The notes under the pieces are model-generated. The model had not been told where the DNA came from, searched no databases, and saw nothing but the letters and a program-made list of their open reading frames with translations. Source: Candidatus Sulfotelmatobacter sp. (GTDB lineage: Bacteria; Chloroflexota; Limnocylindria; Limnocylindrales; CSP1-4). From it: a DNA stretch of 64,000 nucleotides. The stretch covers positions 966-64,965 of the forward strand of contig DASPUH010000133.1 in the NCBI GenBank assembly GCA_035622975.1, given 5' to 3'. Position 1 is the stretch's first letter. The number at the start of each line of letters is the position of its first letter. Below, in pieces: positions 51,136-60,849 of this stretch. A program made the position numbers and the translations under genes.

Positions 51136-51950
51136 GTGGCTTCCTCTCGTGTAGCCGCGTCGACGAGGGCACGGCGGGATCCCTGGAACGCGGCCGACGC
51201 CTCACCGGCACGGCCCAGCAGCCGGAGGGCGTCGCCGCGGACGAGCTGGAAGGCCGCCGCCGCCGATCCCACGGGTTCGGACGAGGCCAGGCCACGCTCG
51301 GCGACCGACAGGGTCATCGCAGCCAGGGCGGGCTCCTCGCGCAGCGCGACGGCCAGCAGCCCGGCCGCCGCGAGCGTTTCGCCTCGAGCCAGGGCCGCTT
51401 CTGCGGCAGCGATGTCGTCACCCGGACGGGCGGAACCAGGGGCGGCATCCAAGCCGCCGCGCGGGGCCCGCGGGGTCGCGCGCGCCGCGGGCCCAGCACG
51501 AACCCCCGTGGGCGCAGCTGCGATGCCGGTCGCTGCCGCGACGGGGGTCACGGCGGCACCACGCCGGGCGGGCCAGGCGGCGGACCGCGGATGCCCGGCG
51601 AATGCCCGGTCGAGGACGACCTCATCCACGTCGGCCCGGGCGAGGACACGCTGGGCCAGCCGCCGGGCTTCACGGTGATCCCCGGCGGCGGCCAGCGCCT
51701 CGACGGCCACGACCTCGGCCATGACATCGTCCCCGCCCTGGTCCAGGTGGGCCCGCGCGGCGTCGGCCGCGGCGCTCAGGTCGCCGCCCCGCCAGCGCGC
51801 CTCGGCCAGGTCCGTCCAGGCTCGCGTATCGAGCTCGCCGCGACCGGCCAGCGTCTCCAGCTCGACCAGGGCGAGGGCCGGCAGCCCGGTGCGCAGGTGC
51901 AGGTGAGCCATGCGCCTGGCAAGGGTGGCCTCGTCGGCTGCGGAGCTCAT
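51132..51950 (-). CDS. hypothetical Ala-rich helical repeat (TPR-like) protein
   Basis: 272 aa from ATG 51948-51950 (MSSAADEATLARRMAHLHL...). The upstream 65 aa of ORF 51132..52145 were rejected. Overlaps the M16 peptidase stop. Confidence 0.4.
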   Translation of the reverse strand: MSSAADEATLARRMAHLHLRTGLPALALVELETLAGRGELDTRAWTDLAEARWRGGDLSAAADAARAHLDQGGDDVMAEVVAVEALAAAGDHREARRLAQRVLARADVDEVVLDRAFAGHPRSAAWPARRGAAVTPVAAATGIAAAPTGVRAGPAARATPRAPRGGLDAAPGSARPGDDIAAAEAALARGETLAAAGLLAVALREEPALAAMTLSVAERGLASSEPVGSAAAAFQLVRGDALRLLGRAGEASAAFQGSRRALVDAATREEAT

Positions 51951-53215
51951 GGCAGGCGGAGCGCCGGCTCGAGGTCGGGCACCCTGGTGCCGTGCGGGGC
52001 CACGACGGCAAGGCACATGCCCTCGTCCACGAAGAGGCGCCCGGCCAGGGCCTGGATGCTGGCGGCGGAGACCCCGTCCAGCGCGGCCAGGGCGTCGTCC
52101 AGCGTCAGCACGCGGTCGTGAAGCGCTTCCTGGACACCCAGCCACGAGACCAGGTGGCGACCTTCCTCGAGGCGCAGCTCCAGGTGTCCCGCGGCGAACC
52201 GCTTGGCCTTCTCCAGCTCGGCCTCGGGGACCGGCTCGTCGCGCATCCGGGCCAGCTCGGTCGTGATGGCGCGAACGGCCCGGCCCAGGTCGTCCGGATC
52301 CACGCCGGCGTAGATCTGGAGCGTGCCGCAGTCGGCGTAGTCGGCCTGGAAGCTGTGCACGTCGTAGGCGAGCCCGGCGTCCTCGCGCAGGCTGAGGAAG
52401 AGCCGGCTGCTGGAACCGTCGCCGAGGACGGTGTTGAGCACCTCCAGCGTCCAGGTGTCGGGGTGGTCGCGGCGCAGGGCCGGCAGCCCGACGACGAGAT
52501 GGGCCTGCTGCCCCTCCCGCTCGTCCAGCCGGACGCGCGGGCCGACCGGGCCGGCCGGCGCCGGGGCCCAGTCGGGGACGGGCCCGTTGCCACGCCCGAA
52601 GGCCTCGGCCACGAGGCCCACCGCCTCGTCATGGGCCATGTCCCCGGCCACCGCCACGACGGTGTTGGCGGGGCGGTAGCTGGAGGCCCAGAAGGAGCGG
52701 ATCTCGTCACCGCTCAGGCCGCGCACGGTGGCCTCGTCGCCGGCGATCTCGCGACCCAGGCCGGAGTCGCCGAAGAACTGCTCGTCGAAGACGTTGAAGA
52801 CGAACTGGCTGGCGTCATCGTGGTAGGAGCGGATCTCCTCCACGATGACGTCCCGCTCGCGGTCGATCTCCTGGTCCCGCAGCAGCGGGCGGACGATCAG
52901 CTCGCCCAGCATCTGGACGCCGCGCTGCGCCTCGCGGAGCGGCAGGCGGGCCCAGTAGACGGTCGACTCGCGGTCGGTCGCCGCGTTGCTGGTGCCGCCG
53001 ACCCCTTCGATCGCCTCGGATACGGCGCGGGTGCTGGGGAAGGCGGCCGTGCCGCGGAACGTGAGGTGCTCCATGAAGTGGGCCACGCCCGCCTGCTCCC
53101 GCCGCTCCAGGCGGGACCCGGCCAGCACGTAGGCAGCCACGGCAAAGGCGCGCGAGCCCGGCAGGCGCGCCGTGATGACGCGCGGCCCGTCGGGCAACGC
53201 GGTCCGTTCGTACAT
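51947..53215 (-). CDS. M16 family zinc metallopeptidase (pitrilysin/insulinase-like)
   Basis: 422 aa. Inverted zincin motif HFMEH (HxxEH) and ...E..G. downstream. Confidence 0.8.
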   Translation of the reverse strand: MYERTALPDGPRVITARLPGSRAFAVAAYVLAGSRLERREQAGVAHFMEHLTFRGTAAFPSTRAVSEAIEGVGGTSNAATDRESTVYWARLPLREAQRGVQMLGELIVRPLLRDQEIDRERDVIVEEIRSYHDDASQFVFNVFDEQFFGDSGLGREIAGDEATVRGLSGDEIRSFWASSYRPANTVVAVAGDMAHDEAVGLVAEAFGRGNGPVPDWAPAPAGPVGPRVRLDEREGQQAHLVVGLPALRRDHPDTWTLEVLNTVLGDGSSSRLFLSLREDAGLAYDVHSFQADYADCGTLQIYAGVDPDDLGRAVRAITTELARMRDEPVPEAELEKAKRFAAGHLELRLEEGRHLVSWLGVQEALHDRVLTLDDALAALDGVSAASIQALAGRLFVDEGMCLAVVAPHGTRVPDLEPALRLP

Positions 53216-53275
53216 CGCCGCGGATGGTACAGGACTGCGCCGGCGCCCCCGCAGGCGGCGCCGGCACCGGCCGCC

Positions 53276-54616
53276 CTACTTGGGCAGGACCGAGGAGATC
53301 CAGTCCTGGGCGAAGAAGATGACGAAGCCGGCCGAGACGAGCCACATGAGCCAGTGGACCTCGGCGAACTTGCCGCGCACGACCTTGATGAGCACCCAGC
53401 TGATGAAGCCGGCCCCGATGCCCACCGTGATGTCGTACGTGAGGGGCATCAGGACGATCGTCAGCAGGGCGGGCAGGCCGTCCTCGAAGTCGGCCACGTT
53501 GATGTCCTTGACCAGGGTGAACATCAGGTAGCCCACCAGCACCAGGGCCGGCGCCGTGGCCTGCGCCGGCACGATGCCGGCGATCGGCGACAGCAGGATG
53601 GCCAGCAGGAAGAGCACGCCGGTGACGACCGCCGTGAGGCCGGTCTTGCCGCCCTCCGCGACGCCCGCCGCACTCTCGATGTACGTCGTGTTGGAGCTGA
53701 CGCCGGCGAGGCCGCCGGCGACCGCGGCGAGGCTGTCCACGAACAGGATGCGCCCGATACCGGGCACCGAGCCGTCGGACTTGGCGAGGCCGGCTTCCGC
53801 GGCGATGCCCGTCACCGTGCCCATGGTGTCGAAGAAGTCCGACAGCATGACCGCGAAGACGATCAGGACGGCGGACAGGAGGCCGAGCTTGGCGAAGGCC
53901 TGGAAGGGGTCCTGCAGGCCCAGCCCGAGCGTGTCGAAGCTGACCGTCGCCGTGAGGCCGCTGGGGATCGTCGAGACGCCGAGTGCCAGGGCGATGACGG
54001 TGGTCACCAGGATGCTGATGATCAGGGCCGCCCGGATGCGGAGGGCCCACAGGGCGAACGTGATGACCAGGCCGAGCAGGAAGACGAACTGGCCGATCGA
54101 GGTGGGGAACGCCAGGCCCACGATCGGTGCGCCGCCCGCGGGCGTGACGATCAGGCCGCCGTTGACGAAGCCGATGAACAGGATGAAGAGACCGATGCCG
54201 ACCCCGATCGACCGCTTCAGGGCGAGCGGGACGGCGTTCATGATCGCTTCCCGGGCGCCAAGCACGACCAGGATCGTGATGGCCACGCCCTCGAGCACGA
54301 TGACGCCCATCGCGCCGGCCGGCGTCAGCCCCTTGGCGGGCAGGGTGAAGGCCACGATGGCGTTGATGCCCAGGCCGGCGGCCAGGGCGAACGGGTAGTT
54401 CGCCACGAGGCCCATGCTGATGGTCATGATGCCGGCCACCAGCGCGGTCCCTGCGGCCACGGAGGCCGGGTCAAGACCAAGCGGCTTGGCGATGATATTG
54501 GGGTTCAGGAAGATGATGTAGGACATGACCATGAAGGTGGTCAGGCCCGCACGGACTTCCGTGCCCACGCTCGTGCCGCGTTCGGACAGCTTGAAGAATG
54601 ACGCGATCGCGTCCAC
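53276..54616 (-). CDS. NCS2-family nucleobase permease (AzgA/PbuG-like)
   Basis: 446 aa, about 13 TM. FFDTMGTVTGIA and N-terminal MVMSYIIFLNP typical of AzgA-like purine permeases. Confidence 0.75.
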   Translation of the reverse strand: MDAIASFFKLSERGTSVGTEVRAGLTTFMVMSYIIFLNPNIIAKPLGLDPASVAAGTALVAGIMTISMGLVANYPFALAAGLGINAIVAFTLPAKGLTPAGAMGVIVLEGVAITILVVLGAREAIMNAVPLALKRSIGVGIGLFILFIGFVNGGLIVTPAGGAPIVGLAFPTSIGQFVFLLGLVITFALWALRIRAALIISILVTTVIALALGVSTIPSGLTATVSFDTLGLGLQDPFQAFAKLGLLSAVLIVFAVMLSDFFDTMGTVTGIAAEAGLAKSDGSVPGIGRILFVDSLAAVAGGLAGVSSNTTYIESAAGVAEGGKTGLTAVVTGVLFLLAILLSPIAGIVPAQATAPALVLVGYLMFTLVKDINVADFEDGLPALLTIVLMPLTYDITVGIGAGFISWVLIKVVRGKFAEVHWLMWLVSAGFVIFFAQDWISSVLPK

Positions 54617-54685
54617 CGACCTCGTGCCCTCCTATCCCTCTGCTGCGCAGCCGGCGACCCATCCGCCGACTCGGCGCTCCCTCCG

Positions 54686-55149
54686 CTAGGTCGACCCTCC
54701 GGTCGGCGGTCCGCCCTCGGGCCCGCTCGGCGCATCGCCGCTGTCGAGCCCGCTGAGCTCCATCTGGACGAAGCCATCCGGCTGGAAGCGGAACGTCTGC
54801 TGGACCCCGGGCTCGGTCGCCAGCGATGGCGCGAACTCGACGACGACCTTCTCATCCCCCTGGACGAGGGTGTAGACCAGCAGCTGGTCGGGCCGTGTCT
54901 CGAACTCGAGGTGCTCGAAGGAATCGACGTTGAGGCAGATCGAGAGCGGGGTGAAGAAGGTCGAGATCGCGGGGTGGTCCGACACGATCCGTTCGACCCA
55001 GCCCGTGCCGTGGGCGATGAGCGCCGACCCGCGGTAGTAGCGGTAGCCGACCGTCTGGCGGAGCAGGGGCCGCAGCAGGTTGTGGATGTCGGTTCGACTC
55101 GAGACCAGGCCGCTGTTGACGAAGAACTTGGCGGGCTGGTCGAGCGACA
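54686..55149 (-). CDS. hypothetical protein (154 aa), divergent from coaX
   Basis: GTG start (plus CAC 55147-55149) preceded by AGGAG with a 4-nt spacer. No domain recognised. The longer ORF to 55300 was rejected (it would overlap the coaX start). Confidence 0.35.
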
Positions 55150-55241
55150 CGCTACTCCTCAGCGGGGCGCAGACATCGGATCGGGGAACGCCATGATGGT
55201 AGCCCAGGGCGGCGGGCCGGACAAGGCGTCCGCGTATCATC

Positions 55242-56054
55242 GTGCCCATGCTCCTGGCCGTCGACGCGGGCAACACGAACCTGACGCTGGCGCTGGCCAC
55301 GAGTGGCGAGCCCGCGTCCCTGGGTCACCTGCGACGGGCCGCCAGCCGGCGCGACGTGACCGCCGACGAACTCGAGGCATCGCTCGATGGGCTGCTGCGC
55401 CTGGACGGCCACGGCCTGGCCGACGTGCAGGCCATCGTCGCCGCCTCGGTCGTGCCCGCCTATGCGGCCGCGCTGGATGCCATCGCCGCCCGCCGGGGCC
55501 TCGCCATCCTGCAGGCCAGCGCCGCGACGGTCCCCATCGGCGTGCGCCTAGACCGGCCGGACGAGGCGGGAGCCGACCGCCTGGTCAACGCCTACGCCGT
55601 TGGTCGCCTCTACGGCCGGCCGGCCATCGTCCTGGACTTCGGCACGGCCACCACCCTCGACGTCGTGGGCCCCGACGGAACGTACCTGGGTGGTTCGATC
55701 GCACCCGGCCTGGAGCTGGGCATGGAGGCCCTCGCCACGCGCACCGCGCGCCTGCCGCGCATCGAGTTGCGGCGCCCCGAGCGGGCCATCGGGCGGGACA
55801 CCGTCAGCGCCATGCAGGCAGGCACCGTCCTGGGCTACCTGGGCCTGACCCGTGAGCTGCTGGCCCGGACCCGCGACGAGCTGGTGGCCGAATTCGGGAC
55901 CCAGCGCATCCACGTCGTGCTGACCGGCGGGCTGGCCAACGCGCCATGGGTGGAGGGCCTGGAGGACGTCGAGGCGATCGATGCCGCCCTCACGCTCAAG
56001 GGCCTCGTGCTGCTGTACGCCGAGGTCGGCGCGGACCGCCGACGCGCCCGGTGA
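55242..56054 (+). CDS. coaX: type III pantothenate kinase
   Basis: 270 aa. LLAVDAGNTNLTLAL, DRLVNAY, IVLDFGTATTLDVV, GGLA (acetate/sugar kinase fold, CoaX signature). Confidence 0.85.
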   Translation: MPMLLAVDAGNTNLTLALATSGEPASLGHLRRAASRRDVTADELEASLDGLLRLDGHGLADVQAIVAASVVPAYAAALDAIAARRGLAILQASAATVPIGVRLDRPDEAGADRLVNAYAVGRLYGRPAIVLDFGTATTLDVVGPDGTYLGGSIAPGLELGMEALATRTARLPRIELRRPERAIGRDTVSAMQAGTVLGYLGLTRELLARTRDELVAEFGTQRIHVVLTGGLANAPWVEGLEDVEAIDAALTLKGLVLLYAEVGADRRRAR

Positions 56055-57355
56055 GCGCCAGCGAGCCGGGGGGTGCCTTGCCGCTCGAGGGACGCTTCAT
56101 CGTCCTTGGCGTGACGGGCTCGATCGCGGCCTACAAATCGGCGGAAGTGGCGCGGGCGCTGCAGGCCGCGGGCGCGGAGGTGCAAGCGGTGATGACGGTC
56201 AGCGCGACACACTTCCTGGGGCCGCTCACGCTGGCCGCGCTGACCCGCCGCCAGGTGCAGCTTGACCCCCTGGAGCTGCTCCCGGACGAGCGCATCGCCC
56301 ACATCGTGGCCGCCGACGCCGCCGATGCCGTGCTGGTCGCGCCGGCGACGGCCCACTGGCTGGCGGCCATGGCCAACGGCCTGGCCGGTGACGCGCTCAC
56401 CGCCATCTGCCTGGCCACGGACGCGCCGGTCATCGTGGCCCCGGCCATGGACGCCGGGATGTACGGCCATCCGGCCACCCGTGCCAACGTCACCACGCTG
56501 CGGGGGTACGGCTACACCGTCGTCGAACCCGAGATGGGCGCGCTCGCCTCGGGGCAGACGGGGCAGGGTCGCCTGGCGGACACGCCGCGCCTCGTGGCCG
56601 CCGTCGTCGAGGCCACGGCCGGCCGGCCGGTGCGGGCCCCCGATCCCACCGCGCGTCCGCCACTGGACCCCAGCCTGCATGGACAGGACCTCGAGGGGCG
56701 CCGGGTGCTCGTGACCGCCGGCGGCACGGCCGAACCGATCGATCCCGTGCGCTACATCGGCAACCGCTCCACGGGTCGCATGGGCGTGGCGGTGGCGCAG
56801 GCGGCCCTCGCCCGGGGCGCGGTCGTGACGCTCATCGCCGGCCACACCTCGGTGGACCTGCCACGCGAGGCGACGATCGTCGCGGCCGAGACCACGGCGG
56901 CGATGGAGGCGGCCGTCCTGGAGGCCCTGCCGGGTTGCGACGTGCTGGTCATGGCCGCAGCCGTGGCCGACTTCCGGCCGCGCTCCGCTTCGACGACGAA
57001 GCTGACGCGTGAGGCCGGGCTGACCCTGGAGCTGGAACCGACCGACGACATCCTGGCGGCCGCCTCGGCGCTGGCGCACGAACGGCCGGGGCCGCGCCCC
57101 GTGATCGTGGGCTTCGCGGCCGAGACCGGCTCGCTGGACCGGGTCGCCGGCAAGGCGGCCCGCAAGCGCGTCGACCTGATGGTCGCCAACGACGTCAGCG
57201 AGGCGGGCTCGGGCTTCGGCACGCCGACCAATCGCGTCACCCTGGTGACGCCGGGCGAGGCGCCGGAGCCGTGGCCCATGCTGACCAAGCGCGAGGTCGC
57301 CGACCAGCTGCTCGACCACGTCGCGGCGATGCTGGAGCGTCGCGACCGCCGCTGA
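56051..57355 (+). CDS. coaBC: bifunctional phosphopantothenoylcysteine decarboxylase / phosphopantothenate--cysteine ligase
   Basis: 434 aa from GTG 56051 (GTGA overlap with the coaX stop). N-terminal flavoprotein IVLGVTGSIAAYKS...PAMD..M. C-terminal CoaB (ITAGGTAEPIDPVRYIGNRSTGRMG, ...AAAVADF). Confidence 0.85.
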   Translation: MSASEPGGALPLEGRFIVLGVTGSIAAYKSAEVARALQAAGAEVQAVMTVSATHFLGPLTLAALTRRQVQLDPLELLPDERIAHIVAADAADAVLVAPATAHWLAAMANGLAGDALTAICLATDAPVIVAPAMDAGMYGHPATRANVTTLRGYGYTVVEPEMGALASGQTGQGRLADTPRLVAAVVEATAGRPVRAPDPTARPPLDPSLHGQDLEGRRVLVTAGGTAEPIDPVRYIGNRSTGRMGVAVAQAALARGAVVTLIAGHTSVDLPREATIVAAETTAAMEAAVLEALPGCDVLVMAAAVADFRPRSASTTKLTREAGLTLELEPTDDILAAASALAHERPGPRPVIVGFAAETGSLDRVAGKAARKRVDLMVANDVSEAGSGFGTPTNRVTLVTPGEAPEPWPMLTKREVADQLLDHVAAMLERRDRR

Positions 57356-57377
57356 CCGTCCCGCCCGGAGCCGCGCC

Positions 57378-58520
57378 TCAGCGAGCGCGAACGGGCTCCG
57401 CGAATGCGCCCAGGATGCGGTCCACGTCGAGGTGCTGCGCCACGAGGGTCTTGATGAGCTCGATCTTGTCGCGGTCGTCGGGATGCGTCTTGACCAGCAG
57501 GTCGTGCACCTCCGACGCGGCGTCGTAGGTGTCCTCGCGCACGGCGTACATGAAGAGGTCGGCGTGCCGCGCGCTGGCGACGACGTCAGGGCTGGGCAGG
57601 TAGCCGCCCGTCAGCACCACGCCGGCCATCGCCGAACCCTGCAGGGCCGGATCCCGGTTGGCCCACCGGCGCGGCAGCGTGCCCGTACGCACGGCGGCCA
57701 CGGTCGCCCGCAGCACGTCGACCCGGTCGCCGGGCACGATGAGCAGGCTGCCCGGGCCCAGGCGCTCCATGACGTGCTCGGCCTGCATGGCCCCGATGGC
57801 CACGTGCTCGATGACCCGCCCCAGGTCCGGCCCGGGGTGGAGCAGCTGGCCCGCCAGCTGCTCGGTGAGCATCGAGAGGGTCGGGTTCGACAGGAGGGGC
57901 CGGTAGGGCAGCACGCCGAGAAGCTCGATGCCGTGCCGGGCGAGGCCGCGCTCCAGCACGTCGGCCAGGCTGGGGTGGATGTCCAGGTCGACCTTGTTGA
58001 CCACCGCCCCGACGACCTCCACGCCATGGCGCTGGAAGAGCGCGTGGTTGAGCACGATCTCGTCGATCGGCCGGCCCACCCCGGCCTCGCTGACGATGAT
58101 GGCCCGCGCCCCCAGCATGGCCGCGACCTGCGCGTTGGAGAGGTCGACCACCGACCCGACCCCGGCGTGGCCGGTGCCCTCCACGAGCAGGACGTCGCGG
58201 CCCTGTGCCACGCGCTCATACGCGGCGCGGATCCGCGCCCCGAGGTCCTCCACGACTTCGCCGCCGATATACGCCTTGGTGAAGCCGCGGGGGATGTGGA
58301 CCGGGCTCAGGGCGTCCAGCGGATCCGGCAGGTCGAAGGCGCTCTTGACCAGGATCGCGTCCTCGTCGGCCGGCGTGCCGTCGACCATGGCATAGCGCTG
58401 GCCGACGGGCTTGATGAAGCCGGTGCGCAGGCCGCGCCCGAAGAGCGCCGCGAGCAGGCCGAGCGACACCGTCGTCTTGCCGCGGTTCATGCCGGTCGCC
58501 GCGAGGTACAGCTGGCGCAT
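57378..58520 (-). CDS. P-loop (BioD/CobQ-like AAA) plus DRTGG domain protein, resembling the N-terminal half of phosphotransacetylase
   Basis: 380 aa. GMNRGKTTVSLGL P-loop, EGTGHAGVG, C-terminal PGDRVDV...VVLTGG (DRTGG). No PTA catalytic domain. Confidence 0.6.
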   Translation of the reverse strand: MRQLYLAATGMNRGKTTVSLGLLAALFGRGLRTGFIKPVGQRYAMVDGTPADEDAILVKSAFDLPDPLDALSPVHIPRGFTKAYIGGEVVEDLGARIRAAYERVAQGRDVLLVEGTGHAGVGSVVDLSNAQVAAMLGARAIIVSEAGVGRPIDEIVLNHALFQRHGVEVVGAVVNKVDLDIHPSLADVLERGLARHGIELLGVLPYRPLLSNPTLSMLTEQLAGQLLHPGPDLGRVIEHVAIGAMQAEHVMERLGPGSLLIVPGDRVDVLRATVAAVRTGTLPRRWANRDPALQGSAMAGVVLTGGYLPSPDVVASARHADLFMYAVREDTYDAASEVHDLLVKTHPDDRDKIELIKTLVAQHLDVDRILGAFAEPVRAR

Positions 58521-58607
58521 CGGGCAACACTAACCGCCGCACCGCAGAGGTGCGCACCGGGTCGCCCCTCCATGATCGCCTTGCCCCTGGCCCGCCCGTC
58601 CCGACCG

Positions 58608-58772
58608 GCGGTCACTGACAGTGAACAGAATGGGGTCGAGCGGCCGGATGGCATCGCATTCGGGTCCGTTCGGGGTCGGTGTGTTCACTGCCAGCGACCA
58701 GTCGAGGCGCAACCGGCCACGGAACGGCTCGTCGGGGCCCTTCGACCCCGAATCGTTCACTGGCAGCAACAG
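58608..58772. promoter_or_regulatory. operator-like repeats TTCACTG-N-CAG (one perfect palindrome GTCACTGACAGTGAAC) in the 318-nt region upstream of the DRTGG gene
   Basis: GTCACTGACAGTGAAC at about 58613-58628 (7-1-7 palindrome). Related half-sites GTTCACTGCCAGC (about 58683) and GTTCACTGGCAGC (about 58757). Short ORFs there look spurious. Confidence 0.4.
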
Positions 58773-58837
58773 GGCGGTCGCCCAGAGCTGGCATGGGCCC
58801 TCGTGGCCCCACCCGTGGGGCCGAGGTGTCGAGCGGC

Positions 58838-59449
58838 CTAGGTGCGCTCCCGGGGCGTGGCACGTCGTTCGATAAGGGCCACGGCGTCCTTGAGCCGGGT
58901 CAGGACCTCCGCCTCGATGGTCTCGGTGTCCGTGTACGGGCCCAGGCGCTCGAGGAGGTCGGCGATGAGGCCGTAGTAGACCTGGGCGTCGGCCAGGAAG
59001 AACTGCGGCTCGTTGTTGTAGCGGACCAGCGTGAGACGGCCCTGGAGGACGCGGCGATCGTCCACGTGGGCGATCTGGGTGGCGAAGTTGTGGCCCTGGA
59101 TGCCGTCGGGGTTGTTGAGGAAGTTCAGGGCGTTGTCGATGGCCAGACCGAAACGCGCCCGCCAGGCCACGAGGCGCTCGTGGATCTCCGGCGGGACGCG
59201 GACCTCGGCAACTTCATCGAAGACGTCCGGAGCCACGGTCAGCAGGCCCACGAGGGTGCTGCCGGCGCGTGGCCCGAGCATGACCTGGAGGCTCCGCTCG
59301 AGGGTGAACACCTCCGAGTCGAAGCGGGGGCTGGTGATGACATCGGTCAGGAGATCCTCCACGTTGTCCAGCGCCCCTGGCTCGGCCATGGACGTGGCGA
59401 GGTGGAGGATCTCCTCCTTGAAGAGGAACTTCTCTTCGTGATCGAGCAT
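58838..59449 (-). CDS. hypothetical protein (203 aa) immediately downstream of gdh
   Basis: Clean ORF with balanced composition (MLDHEEKFLFKEEILHLATSMAEPG...). 15-nt gap to the gdh stop. No motif recognised. Confidence 0.45.
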   Translation of the reverse strand: MLDHEEKFLFKEEILHLATSMAEPGALDNVEDLLTDVITSPRFDSEVFTLERSLQVMLGPRAGSTLVGLLTVAPDVFDEVAEVRVPPEIHERLVAWRARFGLAIDNALNFLNNPDGIQGHNFATQIAHVDDRRVLQGRLTLVRYNNEPQFFLADAQVYYGLIADLLERLGPYTDTETIEAEVLTRLKDAVALIERRATPRERT

Positions 59450-59464
59450 CAGCGCGCGGCCGGC

Positions 59465-60730
59465 CTACGGATAGAGGCCGCGCAGGGCGGTGGCAGAGGC
59501 GACGCGATCGACGGCCAGCAGGTAGGCGCCGACGCGGTTGTTGACCTCGTTCGCCTGCGCCAGCCGCAGCACCTCGTGGAAGGCCTTCACCATGATGACC
59601 TTGAGCTTCTGGTTGACGACTTCCTCGGTCCAGTGGTCGCGGTTGAGGTCCTGGACCCACTCGAAGTAGCTCACCGTGACGCCACCGGCGTTGCACAGGA
59701 TGTCGGGGATGAGGAAGATGCCGCGCTCGAAGAGCCGCTCGTCGGCCTCCGGCGTGGTGGGCCCATTGGCCGCCTCGGCCACGATGCGGGCCTTGATGTC
59801 ATCGGCGTTCTTGGCCGTGATCTGGTTCTCCAGGGCGGCCGGGATGAGGATGTCGCACTCGGTGGCAAGCACGTCCATGTTGGAGACGTCGCGCGAGCCC
59901 GGGAAGCCCTGGACCGTGCCGTGCTCCTTCTTCCAGGCGATGACCCGCTCGATGTCGAGCCCCTCCGGGCGGTGGATGCCACCGGTCGAGTCGGACACGG
60001 CAACGACGCGGGAGCCCTCGGCCACCATCAGCTGCGCGGCGATCGAGCCGGCGTTGCCGAAGCCCTGGATGGCGACCGTGCTCTTGTGCAGGTCCATGCC
60101 CAGGTGATCGGCGGCCTCGACGATGCAGTACACGGCGCCGCGGGCGGTCGCCTCGTTGCGCCCCTCCGACCCGCCCAGGCTGATCGGCTTGCCCGTGACG
60201 ACGCCGGGGACGGTGTACCCGGTGTGCATGGAGTACGTGTCCATGATCCAGGCCATCGTCTGGGCGTTGGTGTTGACGTCCGGGGCCGGGATGTCGCGCT
60301 CGGGACCGATCAGCACGCTGATCTCGGTCGCGAAGCGGCGGGTCAGGCCCTCGAGCTCCTTGAGCGACAGCTTCTTGGGATCGACGATCACGCCGCCCTT
60401 GCCGCCGCCATAGGGGATGCCCACCACGGCGCACTTCCAGGTCATCCACATCGAGAGGGCCTTGACCTCGTCGAGCGTGACGTCCTGGTGGTAGCGGATG
60501 CCGCCCTTGGCCGGTCCGCGCCCCAGGTTGTGCTGCACACGGAAGCCGGTGAAGACCTGTACCGAACCGTCGTCCATGTGGACGGGGAAGTGGACGGTGA
60601 GCTCGCGGCGGGGCTCGCGGAGGACGCGGCGGAGGCCGGGATCCAGGTTGAGTTTCTCGGCGGCGAGGTCGAACTGGCGCTGGGCCACCTGCCACGGGTT
60701 GATGTGCGTGGCGACCTGCTCGGTAGTCAT
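59465..60730 (-). CDS. gdhA: Glu/Leu/Phe/Val dehydrogenase family protein (glutamate dehydrogenase)
   Basis: 421 aa. GGIRYH, catalytic-Lys region PYGGGKGG, Rossmann GFGNAGS. Confidence 0.88.
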   Translation of the reverse strand: MTTEQVATHINPWQVAQRQFDLAAEKLNLDPGLRRVLREPRRELTVHFPVHMDDGSVQVFTGFRVQHNLGRGPAKGGIRYHQDVTLDEVKALSMWMTWKCAVVGIPYGGGKGGVIVDPKKLSLKELEGLTRRFATEISVLIGPERDIPAPDVNTNAQTMAWIMDTYSMHTGYTVPGVVTGKPISLGGSEGRNEATARGAVYCIVEAADHLGMDLHKSTVAIQGFGNAGSIAAQLMVAEGSRVVAVSDSTGGIHRPEGLDIERVIAWKKEHGTVQGFPGSRDVSNMDVLATECDILIPAALENQITAKNADDIKARIVAEAANGPTTPEADERLFERGIFLIPDILCNAGGVTVSYFEWVQDLNRDHWTEEVVNQKLKVIMVKAFHEVLRLAQANEVNNRVGAYLLAVDRVASATALRGLYP

Positions 60731-60849
60731 CGAGTGGAACCCTCAAAGCGCGAGCGCCGGGCCCCTGACGATCGGAGCGGGCCGACTCGCTAGACGACGC
60801 CGGCAGTCTACACCGGGCCTCCGGACGCCCGGATGGGCCGAAGGTCCCG

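Noticed and set aside
51992-54601. 869-aa plus-strand ORF
   Set aside because: Antisense to the M16 peptidase and NCS2 permease genes. High-GC artefact.
58679-60793. 704-aa plus-strand ORF
   Set aside because: Antisense to gdhA and the downstream hypothetical gene. No motifs.
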